Part shown: positions 12,201 to 24,200 of the stretch, in pieces
Numbering within the stretch: position 1 is the first letter of the stretch
How the letters are laid out: every line of letters starts with the position of its first letter
Assembly: GCA_030704615.1 (NCBI GenBank)
Contig: CM060732.1
Location: 30,938,001-31,002,000 of the forward strand
Reading direction: 5' to 3'
DNA from: Takakia lepidozioides
Taxonomy: Eukaryota; Plantae; Bryophyta
DNA: 64,000 nt
Notes under the pieces: generated by a model
Told to the model about the DNA's origin: nothing
Seen by the model: the letters and a program-made list of their open reading frames with translations, nothing else
Database searches by the model: none
Position numbers and translations under genes: made by a program

Positions 12201-15200
12201 GCTGGGAGAGGAGGAAGTCCTGGGTTTGTGACAACGGGTGGTGGTAAACTTGATAGAGGAGGAACCCCTGGTATTGTGACGTTGGGAATAGTTATTGTAA
12301 GATTCCTGCAGAGACACACTCCATGTGTTAGACACATGATTATTATGCCAATCTATCTTAACTGTGCTGGCATGGACAAACATTGTCTGACAATGGAATA
12401 TGTTTGGCTTCCCCTGCAACTGGGAATCCAGTGAAAAACCTTAGGTAGGGAAAAGCAGATGGACAGACTCATAAGGAGTAACAATGCAATTGCAACTCTT
12501 TTGATGGAATTCCAGTTTAAAGCATGCATTTCGACTCAGGAGCACAGTAATTGACCACATTCTCTATGAACACTTCCTAAACACAATTCAGAATAAAATT
12601 CCTGCATTCAAGTGCCTTTTAGATCATTTGAAAGACATGCTATTCATCCTCATAGACCTTACCTTGCAACGGTTAGCGCATGTGGTTGCAAAATCACTAC
12701 TTTCGATTCAGTCAGTCACACTTTCTGAGGCACAGAAATAGAGGAAATTGCAGGTGACTTACAATGGTGGCAGAGGCGGGAACATCCACGAGGGAATGGT
12801 AGGCGTTAAATTCCTGCATACATTACATAAAAATGGCATTAATCTAAAACATGTAGAAGAGAAGTGTAATCTTATTAGTATACAGTGGGGAGTGAAATTG
12901 GAAACCTATATAGAAAATGACAAAAAGAGATGGAATACAGTGGCAGTTGAAGTACTCCATGACATTAGTTACCATGGTTCTCTTTAGTCTATAGTTTGTG
13001 TAGAATAGAGAAACACTAGGGAGTCAGCAGCATATAGAGAACCTATTATACTGGTGGTAGGGAGAGGAAAGTGAGCATGCAATGGTAAGTGTTATGGTAC
13101 GCAGCGATAGGTCAGGGGTTTTGCTTACAAAGGTGGCAGAGGTGGAAAAGTCCAGTTTGTAGGGATGGGTGTGATATTCCTGGAGTAACCATAGACAAGC
13201 ATATGTAAGTTTCAAAAAGTTCCCACCCTGCAGGAGAGACACAAACATATAAACCAAAAACCGGGAGACACTGTATTCTTTTGTTTTGTGGTGAAGTAAA
13301 AATAAGATGATGATTCGCTATTGTTTGAGGGATGTTTTCTTTAGACTTGACTTGTCAAAGAGGTGTCGCCTGTAGACCCCGGCTTTGCTTTGTTTGGAGA
13401 AATGAAATGAAATGAAATGGTACTTCATAACATCAGCGGAAAGCTAGAAAGAAAGAGAGTCAAGGGGGCAGGGTGACCAGAGGTGAGTAAAACTGGGCCA
13501 TCATTCAGGAAAGATTAATAGTATTCTCATAGTGGAGATAGATACCATGAAGCTTATGAGACAAAACCACATAACAAACAAAGAAAACAGTAGACCAGGC
13601 CTAAACCCTTGCACAGACTGGAGTGAAGGTAAGATGTCAAGCTTTGTCTGAAATTTTAAACCCTCGAGCAGTAGTGGTTTTTTTTCGCTGTGGTTTTGTT
13701 TTCTCTCTCATGTTGTGAATTCCATTTTGTCCCATAAGCTCTTTGAGCTTTCCGCGGACGTTATATAGTACCATTTCATTTCATTTCTGAACAAAGTGGA
13801 GGTGGAAAAGTTGGAAGTGTGATAGGTGGTAGTGGGGTTATTTTCCTGTGTGCAGGCAAATTGACCAATGTCATGGACTGCCATATGAAGATTAAGGAAA
13901 TCTTTGGGAGGAAAGGGCTTATGATATTGAGCGGTAAAGCACAAGAAATGAAATGAAATGGCGCTTTATAACGTCCGCGGAAAGCTCATAGAGCTTATGG
14001 GACAAAATGGAAGAAAACATGAGAGAGGAAACAAAACCAGAGCCAAGAATAAAAACTATTGCTCGAGTGATTGTCCTAGGGTGAAGGCCTTGTGCAGGTA
14101 AGCTGCCAAGCATTTCTGATCCTCGTAGAAATGATACTTTCTCCCGCAGAAACCTCAAAGAGCTTGTGGGACAAGAGAAAGCATGAAACAAGAAAGAGAG
14201 GAGAGTGGGGCCCTCAACAAGCAGCCAAAAACAACCATGGATCCAAGGAAGGGTTGTCTAAGAGTAAACGCCTCGTGTAGGTATGCTGCCAAGAATTCTG
14301 ATCCTAGTAATGTAAGACATCTGTGACAGATTGGATATCTGGGAATAGACACTAGTATCTGCCCCCGACCCTGGACTGAAAGAAAGAAGAACAAAAGAAA
14401 CCTCTCAACATCCTGGGGGCAGCCAAGGGCAAAGAATGAAAGGACTTCAGAGCAAAGATACGGAGAGAGTGCACCTGCAAGCCAGCTGGAAGGGTGGCTT
14501 ACACTAGTGGTACAGGTGGCAATGTCCAGTTTGTAGTAATGGGTGTTAAATTCCTGAGAATATGAGAATGCAGCTAATTATCTCAAGTGTTGGTTCTATC
14601 AAGTATTGTGATAGCCCCTGAGATCCTAATTTTTGCAAATGACCCAATGAGAAATACTTATGCAACTGACATGGAGTTGCACATAACAAGTGGAGATATT
14701 GCAACGGAGAGAGAACAGAAAGTGAAGAGGAGGAGAACCAGGAAGACTGATGGGTGGCAGGGGTGTTATGTTCCTGTGGAAAATGTATCGTGGCCCTAGG
14801 AGTAAACTTAATGTCGCTGCGATAGAAGTAGATTTAGTAATGTGAAAAATGATATGAAGGAACTTGAGACAAAGAAATGAAATGACATGAAATGGCACTT
14901 TATAACGTCCGTGGAAAGTTCAAAGAGCTTATAGGACAAAATGGGAAAAACAAGAGAGACGAAACAAAACCAGAGCCAAAAAACAACTACTGCTCAAGGG
15001 ATTGTCTAAGGTCAAGGCCTCGTGCACCCACGGATCTCATAATATAGAGGGCAATAAAAGAAGAAGTTGTTCTTCAGTTTCAATTTCCCGGTTGCGCCCT
15101 GTCCAAGCTGGACACAGGCGGTCCTCCCGTTGCAGGTTTTCCCATCTGCCAGTCTCTATCCATAGGTTGTGGGAGCCCACCCTGAGCCGCCCCAATGCCC

Positions 15201-18200
15201 TCAGGAGGGAAGGAGATAAAGATGCCGAAAGGTATTGGGCCTCAAGATTCTATCATCTCGGAGAACCAAGAATGTCTCTCGATAGAAATGGAGCATTGTC
15301 GTGAGATTGGGTAGCTTCCAAGTTCTCCTGACGTGTAGTTCCATAAGCTCCCTTCTAATGAGTCTGTTGCGATCCTATTTGGATGTGATGTCTATCCCTT
15401 CTGGATTCACTGGTAATAGTGAAGCAATAGAGAGTCCATTGCGCTAAAAAAAACTGTCCAGTCGAGCATACCAGGAGTGCTTGAAACCTGCAGTTTTGAG
15501 CCTAATAGATGTTGCGAGGGCTCTTGCCACGAGCCCCTTGGGTGGAAGGGCTTGTAACCTATGAAAGAAAAATTGTAAGCCGGAAGAGGGCCCGGTTTGC
15601 AGTGGCACGGATGCGAACTCTGCACCTAGGATGTGAGATGGAGTTGTGCCACTGGCGCCAAGCATTGTTTGGAGAAAAGACGACTGCAATGGTTCCAGAT
15701 TCTTTTCCCACCAGGAAGTGGGACACCAGGTGCCCAGAATTCACAACCATAAGTGGCAGCCGGGGTGACAACGCTGTCAAATAGCCACTTTTTGGTTGGG
15801 GGTGGGCGCAGATGTATCTGTTTGCATTTGGCCTGAAGGCGAAGCCAGTGTCATAGTGGCACAAGATATGAAAGTGGCCAGCTGTGATTGTCATGTTTGG
15901 CATGACGCCTAAGTGCCATATGGAATTAGTCCAAGGTAGATTATATCATTACAACTGGGTACAAGGATGAGTCAGTAAGAGAATGTACTCTTAAGACATT
16001 GTTTACGCTGTAGCCTAATTGGTGAGTAAGAGAGAACTGCAAGCAAATTAAACAAGGAAGAGGCAGCTTACAATGATGGTAGAGGTGAAAATGCCAGTTT
16101 GTAGGTATTGGGATTAGATTCCTGACAATGTCAGAAACGAAGACAATCATCTCACAAGTTGATATTTCCAGTCCTGCGAAAAGATAAGAATGTACTCATA
16201 AGACGTTGTTTGCCATAGCCTTGTGGCCATAGACCCCATGCCCAGTTGGTGCGGAACAAGAGGGAACAAACTACCTTTGTGAGGGACTCACTCCAGTAGT
16301 GGGACTTACCTCGGTATAAACAATTCGATCGGGCTTTCTAGATAGCCCTTAGCACAAGCATCAATCTGCTGTGTGAGCTGCCCAGCAATTAGACCCCAAC
16401 AAGGCCAGGAGTTTAGGCTTAGCCTCAAGCTTTTGAAAGTTGGTGAACAGAGGTGCAGGGTGTTCTTGATGGGAGGGTCGCTCTCTGATTAAAATAACCC
16501 AGTATCAGAAAATGGATATAGTCTTCAGGGCATCCATTCCTCTCTGCACCTGCTCCTGTTCAAAGGAAGACTCCCTGCTCAGTCTAGTGCCAAGGGTAGG
16601 TAGGCCCTTCAGATCATCCTTAAGGTCTTCACCAATAACACAAACTGGAAACAAGTTCAGGGAAGTTTTATGCCTAACTTTGTTGTGTTAAGACATTCTT
16701 CATGCGTCTGACATGGCTTAGACACTAGAGCCCTCACTGTGCTGTGAAGTACCCATGCACTCCATGGTTGTTTTTCTCTCACTGTGATAGGGCGTCAGCT
16801 TCATCTAGCAGGGTCATTTCTAATTGCTTAATATCCAGGTACTTGATAATCTCCTCTATCCTTCTCTGCCTGAACTCTCTCGACGTGATGAGTTCAAGGT
16901 CAGATGGCGGGGTCAGTTGAATTGGCTCTATCAAGACCGTCCTCTGAAACAGTACAGGTGGTGCGCCAATGCCACGTTAGCTGTTCTAGCGAGAACAATA
17001 GAACTTATAAGTCCACAAGGGGCCCATGCAGGACAAGTACAGGTACAAACCACTCCAGAAAACATCGAATGACGCCCGAAGCCCGAAGTGTCTTATGCAG
17101 GTAGGCTGTCAGACGCACTTCGGGTTCTCAAAGCTGAAACTTCTGCCAGAGAGTGGGTTTCCTTGAAGAGACAGTAGGATTGTCTTTCTTACAGGAGAAG
17201 CTTCTGCCAGGAAAAAGGAAAGAGGAGAGGAGAACAGAGCAGAAGAAATGAAATGAAATGAAATGAAATGGTGCTTTATAACGTCCACGGAAAGCTCATA
17301 GAGCTTATGGGACAAAATGGAAGAAAACATGAGAGAGGAACAAATCCAGAAACCAAGAATAACAATTAATGTTCTAGCGATTGTCTAAGGGTGAAGGCAT
17401 CATGCAGGTAGGCTGCCAAGCATTTAGTGTGCAGGAAGCCCAAAAGGTGCAAGGAATAACTAGTAGATCAATTCAGAACCACAGACAAATGAAGGATAGA
17501 AAATAGGACAAGAATAGAATAGAAATGTACGAAGTCAATGAGAAGCACCAAGGGATTTAGAAAGGGGGAGGTGGCTTACAACGGTGGATGTCCAGTTTGT
17601 AGTTATAGGTGTCAAGGCCATAGCCCTTGCACGACACTCTGAGAACAGAACGGGACGGGTAGCTGAGTGGTAGAGCACCCCACCGGAATGGGGGAGGTCC
17701 TAGGTTCAATCCCTAGCCCGACCACATGCCAGTGGTTTTCCAACATGGTATCAGAGCCAAGGTTGGGGCGGTGGTCAGAATGGGTGGGCATTAGCATAAG
17801 GGCTATGCCTTGAGGGGGAGTGTTGGAGGTGTCAAGGCTATAGCCCTTGCTCGACACTCTGAGAACAGAACGGGACGGGTAGCTGAGGGGTAGAGCACCC
17901 CACCGGAATGGGGGAGGTCCTAGGTTCAATCCCTAGCCCGACCACATGCCAGTGGTTTTCCAACAGTGTCAAGTTCCTGAGAATATCACAACCAAGTACA
18001 ATTATCTCAGAGAGACTGAAGTACATCCTGGTGTAGCAATGACCTGAAGAAAAAAACTTTATGAAGTCCATAAGTGTGGGAGGCCAGAGGTTTAGAAAGG
18101 GGCGGTTGCTTACAACGGTGGTAAACGTGGGAATGTCCAGTTCGTAGTGATGGGTGTCAAGTTCCTGGGAACATCACAATCAAGCAGAATTGTCTGAGAG

Positions 18201-21200
18201 AAACTTTTAAGCAATATCAGTCGATCCTAGTGTTGCAAAATGACCTGAGGAGAAAAGCTTTATAAAGTCCGGCAGGGGGAGGCTCCAGAAATTTAGAGAG
18301 GGGGAAGTTGCTCACAACAGTGGTATAGGTGGGAGGGTCCAGTTCGTAGTGATGGGTGTCAAGTTCCTGAGAACATCACAGTCAAGCAGAATTATCTCAG
18401 AGAAATGAAATGGTACTTATAACATCCGCGGAAAGCTCATAGAGCTTATGGGACAAAATGGAAGAAAACATGAGAGAGGAAACAAAACCAGAGCCAAAAA
18501 TAAAACTATTGCGCGAGTGATTGTCTAAGGGTGAAGGCCTCGTGCAGGTAAGCTGCCAAGCATTTCTGATCCTCATAGTGGAAGACTTCAGTGACAGATT
18601 GGGTGAGAGATTGAGAGATTGAGAAATGAAATGAAATGAAATGGTGCTTTATAACGTCCGCGGAAAGCTCATAGAGCTTATGGGACAAAATTGAGAGAAA
18701 GTCAATCGATATCCTTAGATCTTTGCGTTGCAAATGACCGGAGGAGAAAAGATTTCTAAAGTCCTGCAGGGTAGGGTGGTGGACAGAGATTTAGAAAGGA
18801 GGAGGTTTCTTACAATGGTGGTAGAGGTGGGAATGTCCAGTTCATAGTGATGGGTGTCAAGTTCCTGAGAACATCACAGTCAGGCAAGATTATGTCAGAG
18901 AGAGTTTCCAGCGTTATCAATAGATCCTTGTGTTGCAAATGACCTGAGGAAAAAGCTTTCTAAAGTCCTCCAGAGATTTAGAAAGGAGGAGGTTGCTTAC
19001 AACGGTGGTATAGGTGGGAATGTCCAGTTCGTAGTGATGGGTGTCAAGTTCCTGACAACATCACAGTCAAGCAGAATTATGTCAGAGAGACTGTCAAGCG
19101 ATATCAGTAGATCCCTGTGTTGCAATTGCCTGAAGAGAAAAGCTTTAGTGAGTCTGCTGGGGGTGGAAAGAGTGGGGCAAGGGATTTAGAAAGGGGGATG
19201 TTCATTAAGTCCATGGGAAAGTGGGGTGGGGAAGCAAGGGTTTTAGAAAGGGGGAGGTTTCTTACAATGGTGGTAGAGGTGGGAATGTCCAGTTCGTAGT
19301 GATGGGTGTCAAGTTCCTGACAACATCACAGACAAGCACAATCATGTCAGAGAGACTGTTAAGCGATATCAGTAGATCCCTGTGTTGCAATTGCCTGAGA
19401 GAAAAGCTTTAGTGAGTCTGCCGGGGGTGGAAAGAGTGGGGCAAGGGATTTAGAAAGGGGGACGTTCATTGAGTCCATGGGAAAGTGGGATGGGGAAGTA
19501 AGGGTTTTAGAAAGGGGGAGGTTTCTTACAATGGTGGTAGAGGTGGGAATGTCCAGTTCGTAGTGATGGGTGTCAAGTTCCTGACAACATCACAGTCAGG
19601 AAATATATGTCAGAGAGAGTTTCCAGCGTTATCAATAGATCCTCGTGTTGCAGATGACTGGGGAAAAAGCTTTCTAAAGTCCTGTTGGGGTGGGGGGCAT
19701 GCAGAGATTTAGAAAGGGGACAATGGTGGTCTATAAAGCTTCCACGGGGAGGCGCACCAGAGATTTAGAAAGGAGGAGGTTGCTTACAACAGTGGTATAG
19801 GTGGGAATGTCCAGTTCGTAGTGATAGGTGTCAAGTTCCTGACAACATCACAGTCAAGCACAATTATGTCACAGAGACTGTCAAAGGGATATCAGAGATC
19901 CCCGTGTTGCAATTGCCTGAAGAGAAAAGCTTTAGTGAGTCTGCCGGGCGGGAAAGTGTGGGGCAAGGGATTTAGAAAGGGGGATGTTGCTTATAATGGG
20001 GATATAGGTGGGAATGCCCAGTTGGTAGTTATGGGTGTCAAGTCCCTGACAACATCACAGTCAAGCACAATCATCTCAGACACATGTGAAGCGGTATCAG
20101 TAGATTCGTGGTGTTGCAAATGAAATGAAGTCCATGGGAAAGTGCGGTGGGGAAACAAGGGTTTTAGAAAGGGGGAGGTTTCTTACAATGTTGGTAGAGG
20201 TGGGAATGTCCAGTTGGTAGTGATGGGAGTCAAGTTCCTGAGAACATCACAGTCAGGCAAGATTATGTCAGAGAGAGTTTCCAGCATCATCAATAGATCC
20301 TTGTGTTGCAGATGTCCTGAGGAAAAAGCTTTCTAAAGTCCCTGGGGGGTGACGGCTCGCATAGATTTAGAAAGGGGACAATGGTGGTCTATAAAGCTTC
20401 ACGGGAAGGCGCCCCAGAGATTTAGAAAGGAGGAGGTTGCTTACAACGGTGGTATAGGTGGGAATGTCCAGTTCGTAGTGATGGGTGTCAAGTTCCTGAC
20501 AACATCACAGTCAAGCACAGTTATGTCAGAGAGACTGTCAAGCGATATCAGAGATCCCCGTGTTGCAATTGCCTGAAGAGAAAAGCATTAGTGAGTCTGC
20601 AGGGGGGGAAAGAGTGGGGTAAGGGATTGAGAAAGGGGGAGGCTGCTTATAATGGGGATATAGGTGGGAATGTCCAGTTGGTAGTTATGGGTGTCAAGTT
20701 CCTGACAACATCACAGTGAAGCACAATCATCTCAGACACATGTGAAGCAGTATCAGTAGATCCCTGGTGTTGAAAATGACCTGAGAGAAACGCTTTATTA
20801 ACATGGGAAGGTGGGGTGGGGAAGCAAGGGTTTTGAAAGGGGGAGGTTTCTTACAATGGTGGTAGAGGTGGGAATGTCCAGTTGGTAGCTACGGGCGTTA
20901 AGTTCCTGAGAACATAAAGAAGAGAGAAGACTTATACTGAAAGAACGTCCATGGGAGGTCCCAAGGGCCCATGGGACACAAAAAGAGAAAGAAAAGAGAG
21001 AGGACCCCAGGACCCAGGAAACTACGGCACCAGGTGCCCAGAATCACAGCCACAAGTGGCGGCAGGGGCGACGACCTAGTTAAAGAGCCACTTTTGGTCG
21101 GGGGATGGAGCTGGTGTATCTCTCTCTAAGTTTGAGAGCCTCATGCAGATACGCCACCAGGCGTCTCTGGATGAAATGAAATGACACTCTAAAAATGTCT

Positions 21201-24200
21201 GCAGGAGGCCCAAAGAGTTTATGGGACAAAAGAAACGAAATTAAATGGCTTACCGTCTCGCTATTTTCAAAGCAGGCCAATGAGAGAAGGGGAAGACAAG
21301 GTAAGTAACTTAGAATGGTGAGAAACATAGGTGGAACATTAGGACTTCTACAATGGGTGATAAGGCTGCTATGTTTGTACATGTAGGCATGCATGGTTTC
21401 TTGAGCCAAGGTCATCATGGGAATTCCAACATACAAAACTGCCCAGCCATATTTAAGTAACCATCAAACATATGCATACTAAGAGTACTATGCACAAAGA
21501 AAGTGCGGAAAGAATGAGCCAGCAAGAAAGCTTACAATGGTGGTAGAGGTGGGAACGTCCAGTTTGTTGCTACAGGTGTTAAATTCCTGGGAACATCAAG
21601 AATGATAGAAGCTTGAGCCAATGTCATCGTAGACAATCAGCATATAAAATGCCTAGCCATACTGATGTAGAACGTCAAAGCAGATGTGTATGAAGAGAAT
21701 AGGATAGAACAAAAAGTGAGAGACAGAATGAACCGCAAGAAAGCTTTAAAGAATGGTAGAGGTGGGAATGTCCAGTTTGTTGCTATAGGGGTTATATTCC
21801 TGGGAAGATGGACCATGAACAACACTATCTCAGGATCTCTTGACCCAGTGTCATGTTGGAAACACAAAATTGGCTAGCTATAGAACATCAAAGCACAACT
21901 GGGTGCAACAAAAGTGAGAAGGACAACAAATAACCTGCAAGAATGCTTACAATGGTGGTAGAGGTGGAAATGTCCAGTTTGTTGCAACAGGTGTCCTGGG
22001 AACATCAATAAGGAACAAAATTATATCAGAAAGCTAGAGGAACTCTTGTGGTGAAATGGCAAAAGACTTTAGACAACAGGTACAGACACAGAGAAGGTAC
22101 TTTTAAGAACAAGAAAATGTTTGTTAAGTCCCAGAGAGAAAAAGAGAAAGAATCGTCATAACAGCTGTAAGAGGCTTGAAGAAAAAAACGTTAAAAAGGG
22201 AAAAAAGAAACCACAACCAGACCACAATGACTATGAAATGGAACTTTATAATGTCCGCAGAAAGCTCAAAGAGATTATGGTACAAAGGGGAAGCAAGAAA
22301 CAAGAATAATAGACAGAGAGAAGCCAGAAGCAGCCCAAAAGTAACTACTGCTCAAGGGATTGTCTAAGGGTCAAAGCTTCATGCAGAAAAGCTGCCAAGC
22401 ATTTCTGATCCTCATAATGGAAAACTTCAGTGAGAGATTGGGTGTCACGGAACAGACAGTGGAAAAACTGCCACGGGTCTCATAGTAAAGTGGACAGCAA
22501 AAGAAGAAGTGCTCTTCAGTTTCGATGCAAGTTCTTCAAAGTGAGGGTAGGGAAAGATATGAAAAGCAACCACGGTGGTGGGTGGAAAGAAGGAAGCGGG
22601 AGGGGCCATAGGGGTTACACAGATCTAGGTTTTATAGAGCCCACAGGAAGATCAATGAGTTTATTGGAAAAAAGAAAGCAGGATATAAGAAAGAAAATGG
22701 GGCCCTCAACAAGCAGTCAAAAGATCACTATTCATTAAAGATTCTCTAAGATGGAGGGCCTCATGCAGATTGCTGCCAAATTCTGATCCTCATCATGGAC
22801 AACCCCAGCAAAGGATTGACTGCCCAGGAGTAGGCAATACTACCAACCCCGGATCTCATAGTGGAGAGAGCATTGAAAGAAGAAATGTTCTTCAGTCTGA
22901 ATCTCCCCTGTCATCTCGAGGCACCAGCGGCCAGCACACTCCAGGTTGTCCCATCTATCAATCTCTATCAGTGGAAGAAATGAAATGACACTTAATAACA
23001 TTAAAGAGCTTACGGGACAGAAATGTAATGAAATGAAATGGTACTTTGTAACGTCCACGGAAAGCTCAAATAGCTTATGGGACAAAAGGGAGAAACCAGA
23101 AAGAAGAGATGAAACCACAGCCAAAAGCAGCCAGAAGCAACTACTGCTGAAGAGTTTGTCTAAGGGCCAAGGCCTCATGCAGATAAGCTGCCAAACATTT
23201 CTGATCCTCATAATGGAAGACCTCAGTGAGAGATGGGGTTCCTCGGAATAGACAGTTGAATGTCCCACGGATCTCATAGTATAGAGGGCAATAAAAGAAG
23301 AGGTGTTCTTCAGTTTCAATTTCCTGGTTGCGCAACAAACAAGAAAGAGAAGTGACATGAAATGAAATGGTACTTTATAAGTCCGCGGAAAGCTCAAAGA
23401 GCTTATGGGACAAAATAAGAGAAAACATGAGAGGAAACAAAATCGGAGCCAAAAATAAACTTATTGATCACGGGATTGTCTAAGGGTGAAGGCCTCATGC
23501 AGGCTGCCAAGCATTTCTGATCCTCATAGTGGAAGACTTCAGTGAAAGATTGAGTTCCGTGGAATAGACAGTGGAATCTCCCACGGATCTCGTAATATAG
23601 AGGGCAATAAAAGAAGAAGTGTTCTTCAGTTTCAATTTCCCAGTTGCGCCCAGTGCAAGAGCCTCTCCCCCGGATCGCACAGTAGAGAGGAATGTGAAAG
23701 AAGAAATGTTCTTCCTTGTTTCCAGGTCTGCCTAACATGGAGTTCCATCTCCTGACTGACGAGCCTGTTGCGGTCGTGTTTGGTAGAAATTCCCAACACT
23801 CGATATTTTGTGGTAGTAGGGAAGCAACGGACAGACTGTGTTCAAAGAAGCTGGAGACCCAAGCATACGAAGAGGTCTTGCGACCGTTTTGAGTCTCACA
23901 ACTGTTACGAGGGCCTGGACTGGCCGCTATTTGGGTGGTAGAGCTCACAACCTTGTCAGAAGATAGTAAAACAGAACATGGCCTCAATCTCAAGAGGTAC
24001 ACAAGCAAATTTACTGTGATGATGTTGTACCTCTAGCCAAGCAATCCATGGAGGAAAGATGATTGCAGGGGTTCCAGATTATTCTCCCACCAGTAAACCG
24101 GAACCCAGGGGCCCAAAACTGGCAGCCATAAGTGGCAGCACGGTGACAGCTGAGTCCAAGAGCCAAGAGCTATAAGAGCTGGAAATTGGGGGTTGGATTA

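Larger units (their letters stand above)
17607..17965 (+). mobile_element. TRIM (non-autonomous LTR retroelement) with tRNA-derived LTRs, Helenus/Cassandra-like
   Basis: LTR2 17821-17965 (TGTTGG...CCAACA, 145 nt); LTR1 ~17607-17745 (5'-clipped, 3 mismatches to LTR2); Met-i PBS TGGTATCAGAGCCA 17746-17759; PPT GAGGGGGAG 17812-17820; probable TSD GTGTC. Confidence 0.92.

Noticed and set aside
9837-12434. 865-aa Gly-rich ORF on the + strand
   Set aside because: Antisense shadow of the Pro-rich exon (CCN pairs with NGG). Splice sites, the signal peptide and the flanking exons all support the minus strand.
17653-17944. Two genuine tRNA genes
   Set aside because: They lie inside the LTRs of a TRIM, have mismatched acceptor and D stems and an irregular anticodon loop, and are better explained as tRNA-derived LTR sequence.
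18060-20910. CRISPR-like regularly spaced repeats
   Set aside because: Eukaryotic context, the 'spacers' are homologous to each other, the repeats are exons with splice sites, and there are no cas genes.
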